A DNA stretch of 64,000 bases from Oscillospiraceae bacterium (GTDB lineage Bacteria; Bacillota; Clostridia; UBA1212). The DNA lies in assembly GCA_015069195.1 (NCBI GenBank), contig SVJA01000005.1, positions 10,860-74,859 of the forward strand. Direction: 5' to 3'. Both the position numbers and the translations under genes were made by a program. Below, piece by piece: positions 29,042-36,885 of this stretch; positions within the stretch are counted from its first letter, which is position 1, and each line of letters begins with the position of its first letter. The notes under the pieces are model-generated. The model searched no databases. It saw only the letters and a program-made list of their open reading frames with translations, and was not told where the DNA came from.

Positions 29042-29116
29042 AATCAATCAAATAACCGGTAAAAAATCCTTTTTAGCGTAGCTAAACCAGGATTTTTTAC
29101 CGGTTATTGATTGATT
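29042..29116 (-). terminator. Terminator-like long hairpin after the ACT-domain gene, with the same 28-nt apex
   Basis: AATCAATCAAATAACCGGTAAAAAATCC (29042-29069) pairs with GGATTTTTTACCGGTTATTGATTGATT (29090-29116), one bulge. It overlaps the stop codon at 29115-29117. Confidence 0.7.
29066..29093 (-). repeat. 28-nt apical motif (copy 2, inverted)
   Basis: The reverse complement of 29066-29093 is identical to 28937-28964. Confidence 0.9.
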
Positions 29117-29525
29117 AAGCTTCTACTTTAACACCTTTTGCCTCAAGTACGGCCTTTGCCTTCGCATTGTCATTTACACGGAATACCATGTAAGCATTGC
29201 CCTCTGTCTGAGAATTGAACGCGTATACGTATTCAACAAAAATATCATTCTCGGCAAGAATTTCAAGAACCTTTGAAAAACTTCCGGGTGTGTCAGATAT
29301 TGAAACACCAAGAACATTGTTTACTGTGCAAACATATCCGTGTTTCTTTATTGTGACAATTGATTCGTCCGGATTGTCAACAATAATTCTGAGGATTCCG
29401 TAGTCCTGTGTATCCGCAATCGAGAGTGCACGGATGTTTATGTTGTTATCTGCAAGCACCTTTGTAAATTCTGCAAGGTGACCGGCCTTATTTTCTATAA
29501 ATACAGAAATTTGCTTTACTTCCAT
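29115..29525 (-). CDS. ACT domain-containing protein (tandem ACT)
   Basis: Two ACT-like repeats (ISVFIENKAGHLAEFTKVLADNNINI; LGVSISDTPGSFSKVLEILAENDIFV). ATG 29525 lies 9 nt after AAAGGAG. Downstream of paaK. Confidence 0.8.
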   Translation of the reverse strand: MEVKQISVFIENKAGHLAEFTKVLADNNINIRALSIADTQDYGILRIIVDNPDESIVTIKKHGYVCTVNNVLGVSISDTPGSFSKVLEILAENDIFVEYVYAFNSQTEGNAYMVFRVNDNAKAKAVLEAKGVKVEA

Positions 29526-29562
29526 ATCAAAAAACTCCTTTCTTATACGCACCTGACCGTTA

Positions 29563-30867
29563 TCAATAAAGTTTACGCTTATCCACTACTCTGACAGCTT
29601 TACCTTCGCTTCTTGTAATAGACTTAGGCGCAACGATATGTACTTTCGGATTTATTCCAAGCATTACCTTTATGGCAGCAGCAAGTTCTTTTTCTTTTGC
29701 GGAAATATCTTTTACTTTATCCGAGAAGAGCTCCACCGTAAGCTCTACGTTTATATCAAGTGTGTCAGTGTTATTTACACGATCAACTACTATCTGATAG
29801 TTAGGTGTATAACCTTGCTCAAGAAGCACGGTTTCGATCTGTGACGGGAATACATTTACGCCTCTTATGATGAGCATATCATCGCTTCTGCCCATAGGCT
29901 TTGCCATCTTTATAAGAGTTCTGCCGCAAGAACATTTTTCTCTTGAAAGTCTGCATATATCTCTTGTTCTGTAACGAATCATCGGGAATGCTTCTTTTGT
30001 GATACATGTAAATACAAGCTCACCTACTTCGCCTTCGGGAAGAACTTCTCCTGTTTCAGGATTTATAATCTCAGCGATAAAGTGGTCTTCGTTTATATGC
30101 ATACCTGACTGGTCTTCACATTCAAATGATACGCCGGGACCGCTGATTTCGGTAAGACCGTAAATATCATGAGCTTTTATACCGAGAGATTTTTCTATAT
30201 CTCTTCTCATTTCCTGCGTCCAAGGCTCTGCTCCGAAAATACCTGCCTTTAAGTGAAGGTCGTCTGCTGTGTAACCCATTTCTTTTAAAGTCTCTGCTAT
30301 GTATGCAGCGTATGAAGGGGTACAGCAAATAATAGTAGACTGGAAGTCAAGCATAAACTGAATCTGGCGCTCGGTGTTTCCCGAAGACATCGGGAGTGTA
30401 AGACATCCAACTCTGTGCGAACCGCCGTCAAGTCCGGCACCGCCTGTAAAAAGTCCGTATCCGTAACAAACCTGAACAACATCGTCTTTTGTTCCGCCTA
30501 CTGCCATTATCGCTCTTGCACAGCAATCATACCAAAGGTCAATATCATGCTGTGTGTAAAAAGCTGCTACTCTCTTACCTGTCGTACCGCTTGTCGAATG
30601 AATTCTTACGGTCTCTGACTTCGGTACCGCAAGCATTCCGTAAGGATATGCGTCACGAAGGTCATTTTTACTGATAAAAGGCAACTTATGTAAATCATCC
30701 GTAGAGCTGATATCCTCCGGCTTTACGCCCTTTTCATCCATCAAATTTCTGTAGTAAGGCACGTTTGCGTAAACATGTTTTATCTGCGCAACAAGTCTTT
30801 CATCCTGGAGTGCTTTTATAGTTTCTCTCGAAGCGCACTCTATTTCAGGCTGATAATAGTTTCCCAT
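29563..30867 (-). CDS. Phenylacetate--CoA ligase family protein (PaaK-like adenylate-forming enzyme)
   Basis: AMP-binding motif STSGTTGKR, IYGLTEISGPG. 434 aa, the PaaK-type length. Confidence 0.85.
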   Translation of the reverse strand: MGNYYQPEIECASRETIKALQDERLVAQIKHVYANVPYYRNLMDEKGVKPEDISSTDDLHKLPFISKNDLRDAYPYGMLAVPKSETVRIHSTSGTTGKRVAAFYTQHDIDLWYDCCARAIMAVGGTKDDVVQVCYGYGLFTGGAGLDGGSHRVGCLTLPMSSGNTERQIQFMLDFQSTIICCTPSYAAYIAETLKEMGYTADDLHLKAGIFGAEPWTQEMRRDIEKSLGIKAHDIYGLTEISGPGVSFECEDQSGMHINEDHFIAEIINPETGEVLPEGEVGELVFTCITKEAFPMIRYRTRDICRLSREKCSCGRTLIKMAKPMGRSDDMLIIRGVNVFPSQIETVLLEQGYTPNYQIVVDRVNNTDTLDINVELTVELFSDKVKDISAKEKELAAAIKVMLGINPKVHIVAPKSITRSEGKAVRVVDKRKLY

Positions 30868-31066
30868 TTTTTCATTACTTCCTTTATTTTGGATTTCGTT
30901 ACAAAAACTTCATATTTTGAAACTTTTTTATTGAATTTATGGTATCAAATCACTTTTTTCTTGTCAATAATTTATTGATATATGGTGGTAAAATATGTTA
31001 GAATTTTATATGAATTATATATACGACCTTAACGGTCTAAATTTTTATCATTTCAGGAGGTTTATT

Positions 31067-31729
31067 ATGGATTCTTTGAAAAAGTATATTGCTGAATTCA
31101 TAGGTACAGGCGTGCTCGTATTCTTTGCTTGCGGTACGGCTGCGGTGGTCGGTTGCAACACATTGCCCGGTTATTTGCTCACAGCACTCGCATTCGGTCT
31201 TGTTATCGTTGCGATGGCTTATTCTATCGGAAACATTTCAGGTTGCCACATCAACCCTGCAGTTTCTATCGCTATGCTTGTAAGCGGAAAGATGAATGTA
31301 AAAGACTTTATCGGCTATATCGTAGCTCAGTTTGCAGGCGCTATCGCAGGTGCTGCTGCGCTTAAGTTCATACTTCCGAACGACTTGGCACTCGGACAGA
31401 ATGCTCTTTTCAACGACGACATACTCCGTTCGCTCGTTATCGAAGTTGTTCTTACTTTTGTTTTTGTTTTTGCTATTTTAGGAGTTACTTCAAAAATCGA
31501 AAACAGCGCCGTTTCAGGTGTCGTTATCGGTCTTTCGCTTACACTCGTACACATTCTCGGAATAGCTTTCACAGGTACATCTGTTAACCCTGCCAGAAGC
31601 TTCGGTCCTGCGCTTTTCGTAGGCGGCGACGCACTCAAAGATGTTTGGGTATTCATTGTAGCACCGCTCGTTGGTGGCATACTAGCAGCTTTGGTTTACA
31701 AGTTCTTAAGCAGCAAGAAAGATGCCTGA
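31067..31729 (+). CDS. Aquaporin / MIP family channel
   Basis: Two NPA boxes (HINPAVS, SVNPARS) and six TM helices. ATG 31067 follows AGGAGG; the ORF-track start 30995 has no RBS. Confidence 0.92.
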   Translation: MDSLKKYIAEFIGTGVLVFFACGTAAVVGCNTLPGYLLTALAFGLVIVAMAYSIGNISGCHINPAVSIAMLVSGKMNVKDFIGYIVAQFAGAIAGAAALKFILPNDLALGQNALFNDDILRSLVIEVVLTFVFVFAILGVTSKIENSAVSGVVIGLSLTLVHILGIAFTGTSVNPARSFGPALFVGGDALKDVWVFIVAPLVGGILAALVYKFLSSKKDA

Positions 31730-31750
31730 TAATCAATAATTGATATAGCT

Positions 31751-31787
31751 AAAAAAGACGGTGCACTTCAGGTGCCTCGTCTTTTTT
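31751..31787 (+). terminator. Terminator after the aquaporin gene
   Basis: AAAAAAGACGGTGCAC ... GTGCCTCGTCTTTTTT, an imperfect stem flanked by A- and T-runs. Confidence 0.7.
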
Positions 31788-31889
31788 ATTGCTTTGTATT
31801 ATAAAGCTTAGTAACAAACAATCGTCCCATCGTCATAATTCATATCGATATCGTTCCGACTTTATTTTTTCAGCAAACTCTCCACTGTC

Positions 31890-31923
31890 CCAAAATTCAA
31901 AAATCGGATATCAGACCGATTTT
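31890..31923 (-). terminator. Terminator after the LOG-family gene
   Basis: AAAAATCGG (31899-31907) pairs with CCGATTTT (31916-31923). The minus-strand RNA continues UUUUUGAAUUUU. It overlaps the stop codon. Confidence 0.7.
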
Positions 31924-32524
31924 AATTTCGGGGCAGCGGAGAGTTTGAATCAAGACATTTCGTCTCAAAAATATCAATTGCTTCGTCAGAATAATTCTCT
32001 ATATATTCAAGCATCTTTTCAGCATCGTCAAAAAAACGCTCAATATTACGGCAAGCTTCATTCATAAATCCCTCGCCTATTGCCTTTTCAAACATTTCAG
32101 CAAAGTCATCATAGTAGCACTCGACATTAAACACTGCAATCGGTTTGTTGTGTCTTCCGAGTTGCTTTAATGTCAGAATCTCAAGGTACTCTTCAAACGT
32201 ACCGATACCTCCCGGAGTGATTATAAAAGCATCCGAACTTTCTTCCATAAGTTGCTTTCGCTGGCGCATAGTTTCCGTGTAAACAAATTCCGTACATTTG
32301 TCAAAAAGTATTCCGTCCACATTAAAGAATGACGGTGCAATGCCCTTTATATAACCGCCTTTTTCATATATTCCGCGAGCAGCCGCACCCATAAGACCGT
32401 TTGCTCCGCCACCGAAAACAAGTCCGTGTCCGTGCTCACCCATAATACGACCGAGTTCTTCTACCGCTTCAATATATTTTTTATCAATTTTATTACTCGA
32501 AGCCCCGAATAAGCAAATGTTCAT
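31922..32524 (-). CDS. LOG family protein (TIGR00730; nucleotide 5'-monophosphate nucleosidase-type)
   Basis: GGGANGLMGA and PGGIGTFEE motifs. 200 aa. GGAG RBS. 15 nt downstream of the MFS-GH2 gene. Confidence 0.85.
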   Translation of the reverse strand: MNICLFGASSNKIDKKYIEAVEELGRIMGEHGHGLVFGGGANGLMGAAARGIYEKGGYIKGIAPSFFNVDGILFDKCTEFVYTETMRQRKQLMEESSDAFIITPGGIGTFEEYLEILTLKQLGRHNKPIAVFNVECYYDDFAEMFEKAIGEGFMNEACRNIERFFDDAEKMLEYIENYSDEAIDIFETKCLDSNSPLPRN

Positions 32525-32539
32525 AATACTTTAAACTCC

Positions 32540-35500
32540 TTATCTGTTAAAAGTTTCATCAAACACATTATATAAACTGCCCGAAAGAACTGACAATCTT
32601 TCTTCGTTTACTTTCAGAACTTTTCTGTCATATGTCAGAAGTCCGTTAGTCTCGTCCTCGACATCGCTTACCTGCGTAAGCACCAAAGCACAAAGTCCGT
32701 TTTTTATATGCGGTATCACTTCATCAGTATAAAGTGAGCAAAGTGCATTTTCAAATTTATCAGCACGATCAAAGAAACGATATCCGTAAGTCTCATCAAG
32801 ATTAAACGAGTGACCTTCTATCTTGCACGAATAACCACCGAATTCCGAAAGAACCATCGGTCTGCCTTCCGCCTTTTTAAGATTCAATTTTTTAAAGTAC
32901 ACATGGTCACTTTCAACATCTGTTTTGTCGGTTTTAAACCAACCCGATGTCGTATCATAAATCCTTGAAGGATCTTTTTCCTTTAATGTATTGTAAAAAT
33001 ATTCTTCATCAAACTGTCCCCAGCCTTCATTGAATATGGTGTAATACACAACCGACGGATGGTTATAAAGAGCATCGACAACACCTGAGCAAGTCTTTTC
33101 GAATGCTTCTCTGCGCTTTGCAGTTGCTTTATGAGAAATACCTTTTTTCAGACCGATTGTCGGAAGTGCCGTATCAATAAGAAAGCTGTACTTACCGCTG
33201 TTTATCATATCCTGGAATACTATCATTCCATATTTGTCGCAATAGTAATAAAACAAATCCGGTTCAATCTTGATATGTTTTCTGAGCATATTAAACCCAC
33301 ACGATTTCATTCGAAGGATATCATCAACAAACCCTTGCGGAGTCGCGGGAAGTATTATGCCATCGCTGAAATAACCCTGATCAAGCAATCCGTGGAAAAG
33401 CACAGGAACACCGTTAAGACATATCACAGGTTTATCATTTACGTTTTCTATCGAAACAGTGCGCAAACCGAAATATGACGAAACTGTATCATCACCCGAC
33501 CTCACCATAAACTCATATAGATACGGATTTTCCGGAGTCCACAGCACAGGATTTTCTATATCAATTCTTATTTTTTCACCGCTGAACTTATATTCTTTGC
33601 CGTTTAATATCAGCAATTTTTCTGCGGCGCCTCCCAGAACGGTTATGTCAGCGCCTTTTAAATCCGTAACAATTTTTATACCCTTTATATACTCTGCCGG
33701 CACTCTTTCAAGCCAAACAGTCTGCCATATTCCGCTGAACTTTGTGTACCACATTCCTCCGCGTTTTTCAGTCTGTTTTCCGTAAGGATAATCAATATCA
33801 AGAGGATCACGAGCAATTACTTTAAGACTGTTTTCACCCGCTTTGGCAAATTCCGTAATGTCAAATTCAAACGAAAGATAACCATTATCACTCTCACCTG
33901 CTTTTTTACCATTTACAAATACCTCAGCAAATAGATCGCAGGCACCGAAATGCAAAATCAATCTTTCTTTTCCCGGGAAATTATCTACATTAAAAGTTCT
34001 CTCATAGATAAGAATATCGCGCTTATCTATACTCTTGAAAACACCCGAAATACGGCTTTCCGGCACAAATGGCACGTTTATACTCCCATCGTATTTTAAT
34101 TCCTTTTTGCCTTGAATTTTAAATCGCCATTCACCATTAAGACACTCATACGAAGCCCTTTTTAACTGCGGTCTCGGATATTCTGCAAAAGGAACAAAAG
34201 TTTTGCTTCCGGAAGCTTCCTTCAAGACTTTTTCATATTCCGTTTCAAGCTGTACAAGTCGTGGTTTCTGTAGTTTTTTTATCAATAAGCAAAGCGGTAT
34301 CACTGCAAGCAACGCAATACCTGCCGCCATAAATATGTTTTCATTCGGGACAAATGATTCTGTACCATCGCTATTTTTGATCATTTCTGCTCCGCGAAGA
34401 ACCATTTTACCAATATATGGGCCAACAACACCCGGGATCAAAACCTGAGAAAAGATTCTCACACCTTGAAGCCTTCCGGACTTGCCTTCAGGAGTCCTGT
34501 TTCTTATCATAGCGCCGAATACTGCCATGCCGGCAAGATAACCGCACATCATAAAGAGTGAACCGATAAACACAGGAATTGTTGTTTTGGAAACAAACAA
34601 TATCACATAACCCAAAAGCAGCATTACCACGGCAATAATTCCCGAAAATGTAAAACCTTTCTTATCAAACAATCGGCCCCAAAAAGCAGTAACAACCGCT
34701 GCAATCAATATTGCCGGCGCCATTATCAATACATAGTCCTTCATCCCGAGTGACACTTCATAGTAAATGATAAGGTACGGCATAAAAATCTGAATTGAAA
34801 TATTGAATATGACAAACGCCGCCATAACTACATAAAGCAATCCGTTTTCTTTTATCGTCTTTGGTCGGAAACCATAGAAAATACTTTTGAAATAAGGTTC
34901 TTTTGACGGCACTATCTTCGGTTCTTTTATGAGGAAGAAACCAAGTATTCCTATAACTATCACAAGTACACCGATTATAGTAAATATAAGTGACCAACTC
35001 TTTGCCTTATCGAGGTCAAAAAACATAAATCCGCCAAACACTACAAGAATCGACACCAATGGCATCATTGAGTTTATACCTTCTGCCGCACCTTGGTTTG
35101 TGTCGTCCGTAGAATCCGTCAGCCATGCGTTAAACGCAGCATCATTCGCAGACGATCCAAAGAAAGTCATAACGCAATCAAGAATTATCGCAAGCGAAAC
35201 GCCGACAGCCGTAGCAGACGAGGTCGTAGCAAAAGTCTTGCTTATAATATCTTCACGCAAAAATACAAAACTGAATATTGATACGCCCCACAAAATGTAT
35301 CCGAGGCAAATAAAAAGTTTACGTTTTCCTATCCTGTCTGACAGCGCTCCGATAAATACAGTTGTAAGCGTCGCAGTAACGGCAGACGCCGCCACCATCA
35401 GCGAAATATCATCCGCTGACGCATTAAACATCTTATATATAAAAACATTGAAATACATATTTTCAACCACCCAGGCAATCTGCCCCATCAAGCTGAAAAT

Positions 35501-35542
35501 TGTAAGTGCACACCAAAATGAGCGCGGAAGTTTAGTTTTCAT
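32540..35542 (-). CDS. Fusion protein: N-terminal MFS transporter (~430 aa) + C-terminal glycoside hydrolase family 2 (~560 aa)
   Basis: The N-terminal half has ~12 hydrophobic helices and MFS motif A (GALSDRIGKRKLF). The linker KKLQKPRLVQLETEYEKVLKEASGSK is encoded at ~34200-34285. The C-terminal half has GH2 hallmarks: EYPRPQLKRASYECLNGEWRF, GIWQTVWLE, WTPENPYLY, acid/base FNEGWGQ, nucleophile region VLSEFGGY. It is one uninterrupted frame. GGAGG RBS. Confidence 0.85.
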   Translation of the reverse strand: MKTKLPRSFWCALTIFSLMGQIAWVVENMYFNVFIYKMFNASADDISLMVAASAVTATLTTVFIGALSDRIGKRKLFICLGYILWGVSIFSFVFLREDIISKTFATTSSATAVGVSLAIILDCVMTFFGSSANDAAFNAWLTDSTDDTNQGAAEGINSMMPLVSILVVFGGFMFFDLDKAKSWSLIFTIIGVLVIVIGILGFFLIKEPKIVPSKEPYFKSIFYGFRPKTIKENGLLYVVMAAFVIFNISIQIFMPYLIIYYEVSLGMKDYVLIMAPAILIAAVVTAFWGRLFDKKGFTFSGIIAVVMLLLGYVILFVSKTTIPVFIGSLFMMCGYLAGMAVFGAMIRNRTPEGKSGRLQGVRIFSQVLIPGVVGPYIGKMVLRGAEMIKNSDGTESFVPNENIFMAAGIALLAVIPLCLLIKKLQKPRLVQLETEYEKVLKEASGSKTFVPFAEYPRPQLKRASYECLNGEWRFKIQGKKELKYDGSINVPFVPESRISGVFKSIDKRDILIYERTFNVDNFPGKERLILHFGACDLFAEVFVNGKKAGESDNGYLSFEFDITEFAKAGENSLKVIARDPLDIDYPYGKQTEKRGGMWYTKFSGIWQTVWLERVPAEYIKGIKIVTDLKGADITVLGGAAEKLLILNGKEYKFSGEKIRIDIENPVLWTPENPYLYEFMVRSGDDTVSSYFGLRTVSIENVNDKPVICLNGVPVLFHGLLDQGYFSDGIILPATPQGFVDDILRMKSCGFNMLRKHIKIEPDLFYYYCDKYGMIVFQDMINSGKYSFLIDTALPTIGLKKGISHKATAKRREAFEKTCSGVVDALYNHPSVVYYTIFNEGWGQFDEEYFYNTLKEKDPSRIYDTTSGWFKTDKTDVESDHVYFKKLNLKKAEGRPMVLSEFGGYSCKIEGHSFNLDETYGYRFFDRADKFENALCSLYTDEVIPHIKNGLCALVLTQVSDVEDETNGLLTYDRKVLKVNEERLSVLSGSLYNVFDETFNR

Positions 35543-35640
35543 TGGTTACCTCCAAATACAACGACACAGACTTTTCTTTAATTTCATCAATATTTACATG
35601 ATATCCTGCAAAAAGTTTTTAGACATCGGATATACTTTTT

Positions 35641-36411
35641 TCAATGTTCATACACATTCGAATACACACCATTATCATAATTTACCGCATCAAGGTACTT
35701 GTCATTGTGTTCCTTTATTAGCGCCTGTTTCTCGCTCGGTGAAAGATATCTACTGTCAAGCTTGTATTTCAACTCCGCTCTGGCATCGTGTATATTCTGA
35801 TATCGGGTTGAACTATTCGTATAGTCAGAAGAATATCCCCCTGAATACGATGAAGAAGATGATGATGATGAATATGAGTATGACCTTTTTTTGTTGGCGA
35901 AAATAAAGCCGTCACTTGTGTGAATAATCGCAACAATGTCGGTTATGAAAATCGCTACAGGTACCGATTGCCCCATGATAGTCGGAAACACTAAGTGATC
36001 CCCTTTGGTTTCGGGATAGAAGAACGCTGCAACTATAACACTGACGATCCAGATCTCTCCGAGTATAAAGCAATGTCCGGAAAACTTATCAGAATCTGAC
36101 ACACACTGTACAATTATAAAAAGAATTATCATTATCGCCAGTGAAATAACCATTATGCTGCCAAGGCCTTGACCAAGCGCACAAATCAAAAAAGGAGTAT
36201 TTGCAACGGCACAAATTACAGAAAGAATACCTTGTTTTCTATAATCTTCTTTACACAGAAGTACAATGCCAAACACCAAAAGTGCAACACCAAGTACAAG
36301 CGCACCCCACATAAAAGCATTGTAATTTTCAAAGTCTATAAGTGCTGAACCGAATTTTTTCAACGCGGCAGGGATATCATAAAAACCCAACCACGACAAT
36401 AAATCTTTCAT
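35641..36411 (-). CDS. Hypothetical membrane protein with Ser/Tyr-rich cytoplasmic tail
   Basis: 4-5 TM helices, then KKRSYSYSSSSSSSSYSGGYSSDY and a ~60-aa polar tail. AAGGGG RBS. Confidence 0.6.
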   Translation of the reverse strand: MKDLLSWLGFYDIPAALKKFGSALIDFENYNAFMWGALVLGVALLVFGIVLLCKEDYRKQGILSVICAVANTPFLICALGQGLGSIMVISLAIMIILFIIVQCVSDSDKFSGHCFILGEIWIVSVIVAAFFYPETKGDHLVFPTIMGQSVPVAIFITDIVAIIHTSDGFIFANKKRSYSYSSSSSSSSYSGGYSSDYTNSSTRYQNIHDARAELKYKLDSRYLSPSEKQALIKEHNDKYLDAVNYDNGVYSNVYEH

Positions 36412-36493
36412 GGTAAGCCCCTTTCATTCTATATGTATCAAATATATCAGTAGACATAGTATATCAAAAGTCTTAACAAATATAAAGAAGAAT

Positions 36494-36522
36494 ACAAAAA
36501 AGCCTCTCGTCACTGAGAGGCT
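36494..36522 (-). terminator. Terminator of the tRNA operon
   Basis: AGCCTCTC (36501-36508) pairs with GAGAGGCT (36515-36522). The minus-strand RNA continues UUUUUUGUAUU. Confidence 0.8.
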
Positions 36523-36528
36523 AAAAAG

Positions 36529-36602
<74 letters not shown>

Positions 36603-36608
36603 AGGAAA

Positions 36609-36679
36609 AGCGGGTGAAGGGAATCGAACCCTCGTATTCAGCTTGGAAGGCTGACGTTCTACCATTGAACAACACCCGC
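36609..36679 (-). tRNA. tRNA-Gly (anticodon UCC)
   Basis: Minus strand GCGGGTGTTGTTCAATGGTAGAACGTCAGCCTTCCAAGCTGAATACGAGGGTTCGATTCCCTTCACCCGCT. Acceptor GCGGGTG/CACCCGC, anticodon loop CUUCCAA, T-loop TTCGATT. Confidence 0.93.
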
Positions 36680-36707
36680 AAATGTGCAATATTTAATTGA
36701 CTTCGCC

Positions 36708-36736
36708 ATTATACTCATTTTGCTTGGTCGTGTCAA
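36708..36736 (-). promoter_or_regulatory. Consensus sigma-A promoter of the tRNA-Gly/Arg operon
   Basis: Minus strand: TTGACA (RC of 36731-36736), 17-nt spacer, TATAAT (RC of 36708-36713). About 22 nt upstream of the tRNA-Gly 5' end. Confidence 0.8.
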
Positions 36737-36769
36737 GTATAAAAAAGCAGTTTTTTCAATTTATTTTCT

Positions 36770-36853
36770 GAGGCGCAAATCTATATGTAGTACACTGCGA
36801 TTTGCGCCTCAAAACCAATCGCCGCGTTGCTTCTGCGGAAGCAACGCGGCGAT
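36770..36853 (-). terminator. Two tandem strong hairpins after dockerin gene A
   Basis: ATCGCCGCGTTGCTTC (36818-36833) / TGCG / GAAGCAACGCGGCGAT (36838-36853), and GAGGCGCAAATC (36770-36781) / GATTTGCGCCTC (36799-36810). The second is followed on the minus strand by an A/U-rich run. Confidence 0.7.
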
Positions 36854-36885
36854 AATAAATCATTTACATTTTACAACTGATAGAA

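Noticed and set aside
29563-30867. PaaK-ACT pair as part of an aromatic-acid (indolepyruvate/phenylacetate) pathway cluster.
   Set aside because: The usual partner genes (indolepyruvate:ferredoxin oxidoreductase iorAB) are not adjacent in this window. Nothing beyond the two-gene unit can be supported.
34929-35906. 325-aa plus-strand ORF. Similar long antisense ORFs occur at 19190-19909, 45320-45970, 46539-47345, 8559-9158, 52210-52764 and 54233-54817.
   Set aside because: Each lies antisense to a gene with clear family motifs (MFS-GH2, the 325-aa gene, tgt, queA, topA, htpG, glnA). They have no RBS, and their sequences are low-complexity and Ser/Phe/Ile-rich. They are typical shadow ORFs of strongly biased coding strands.
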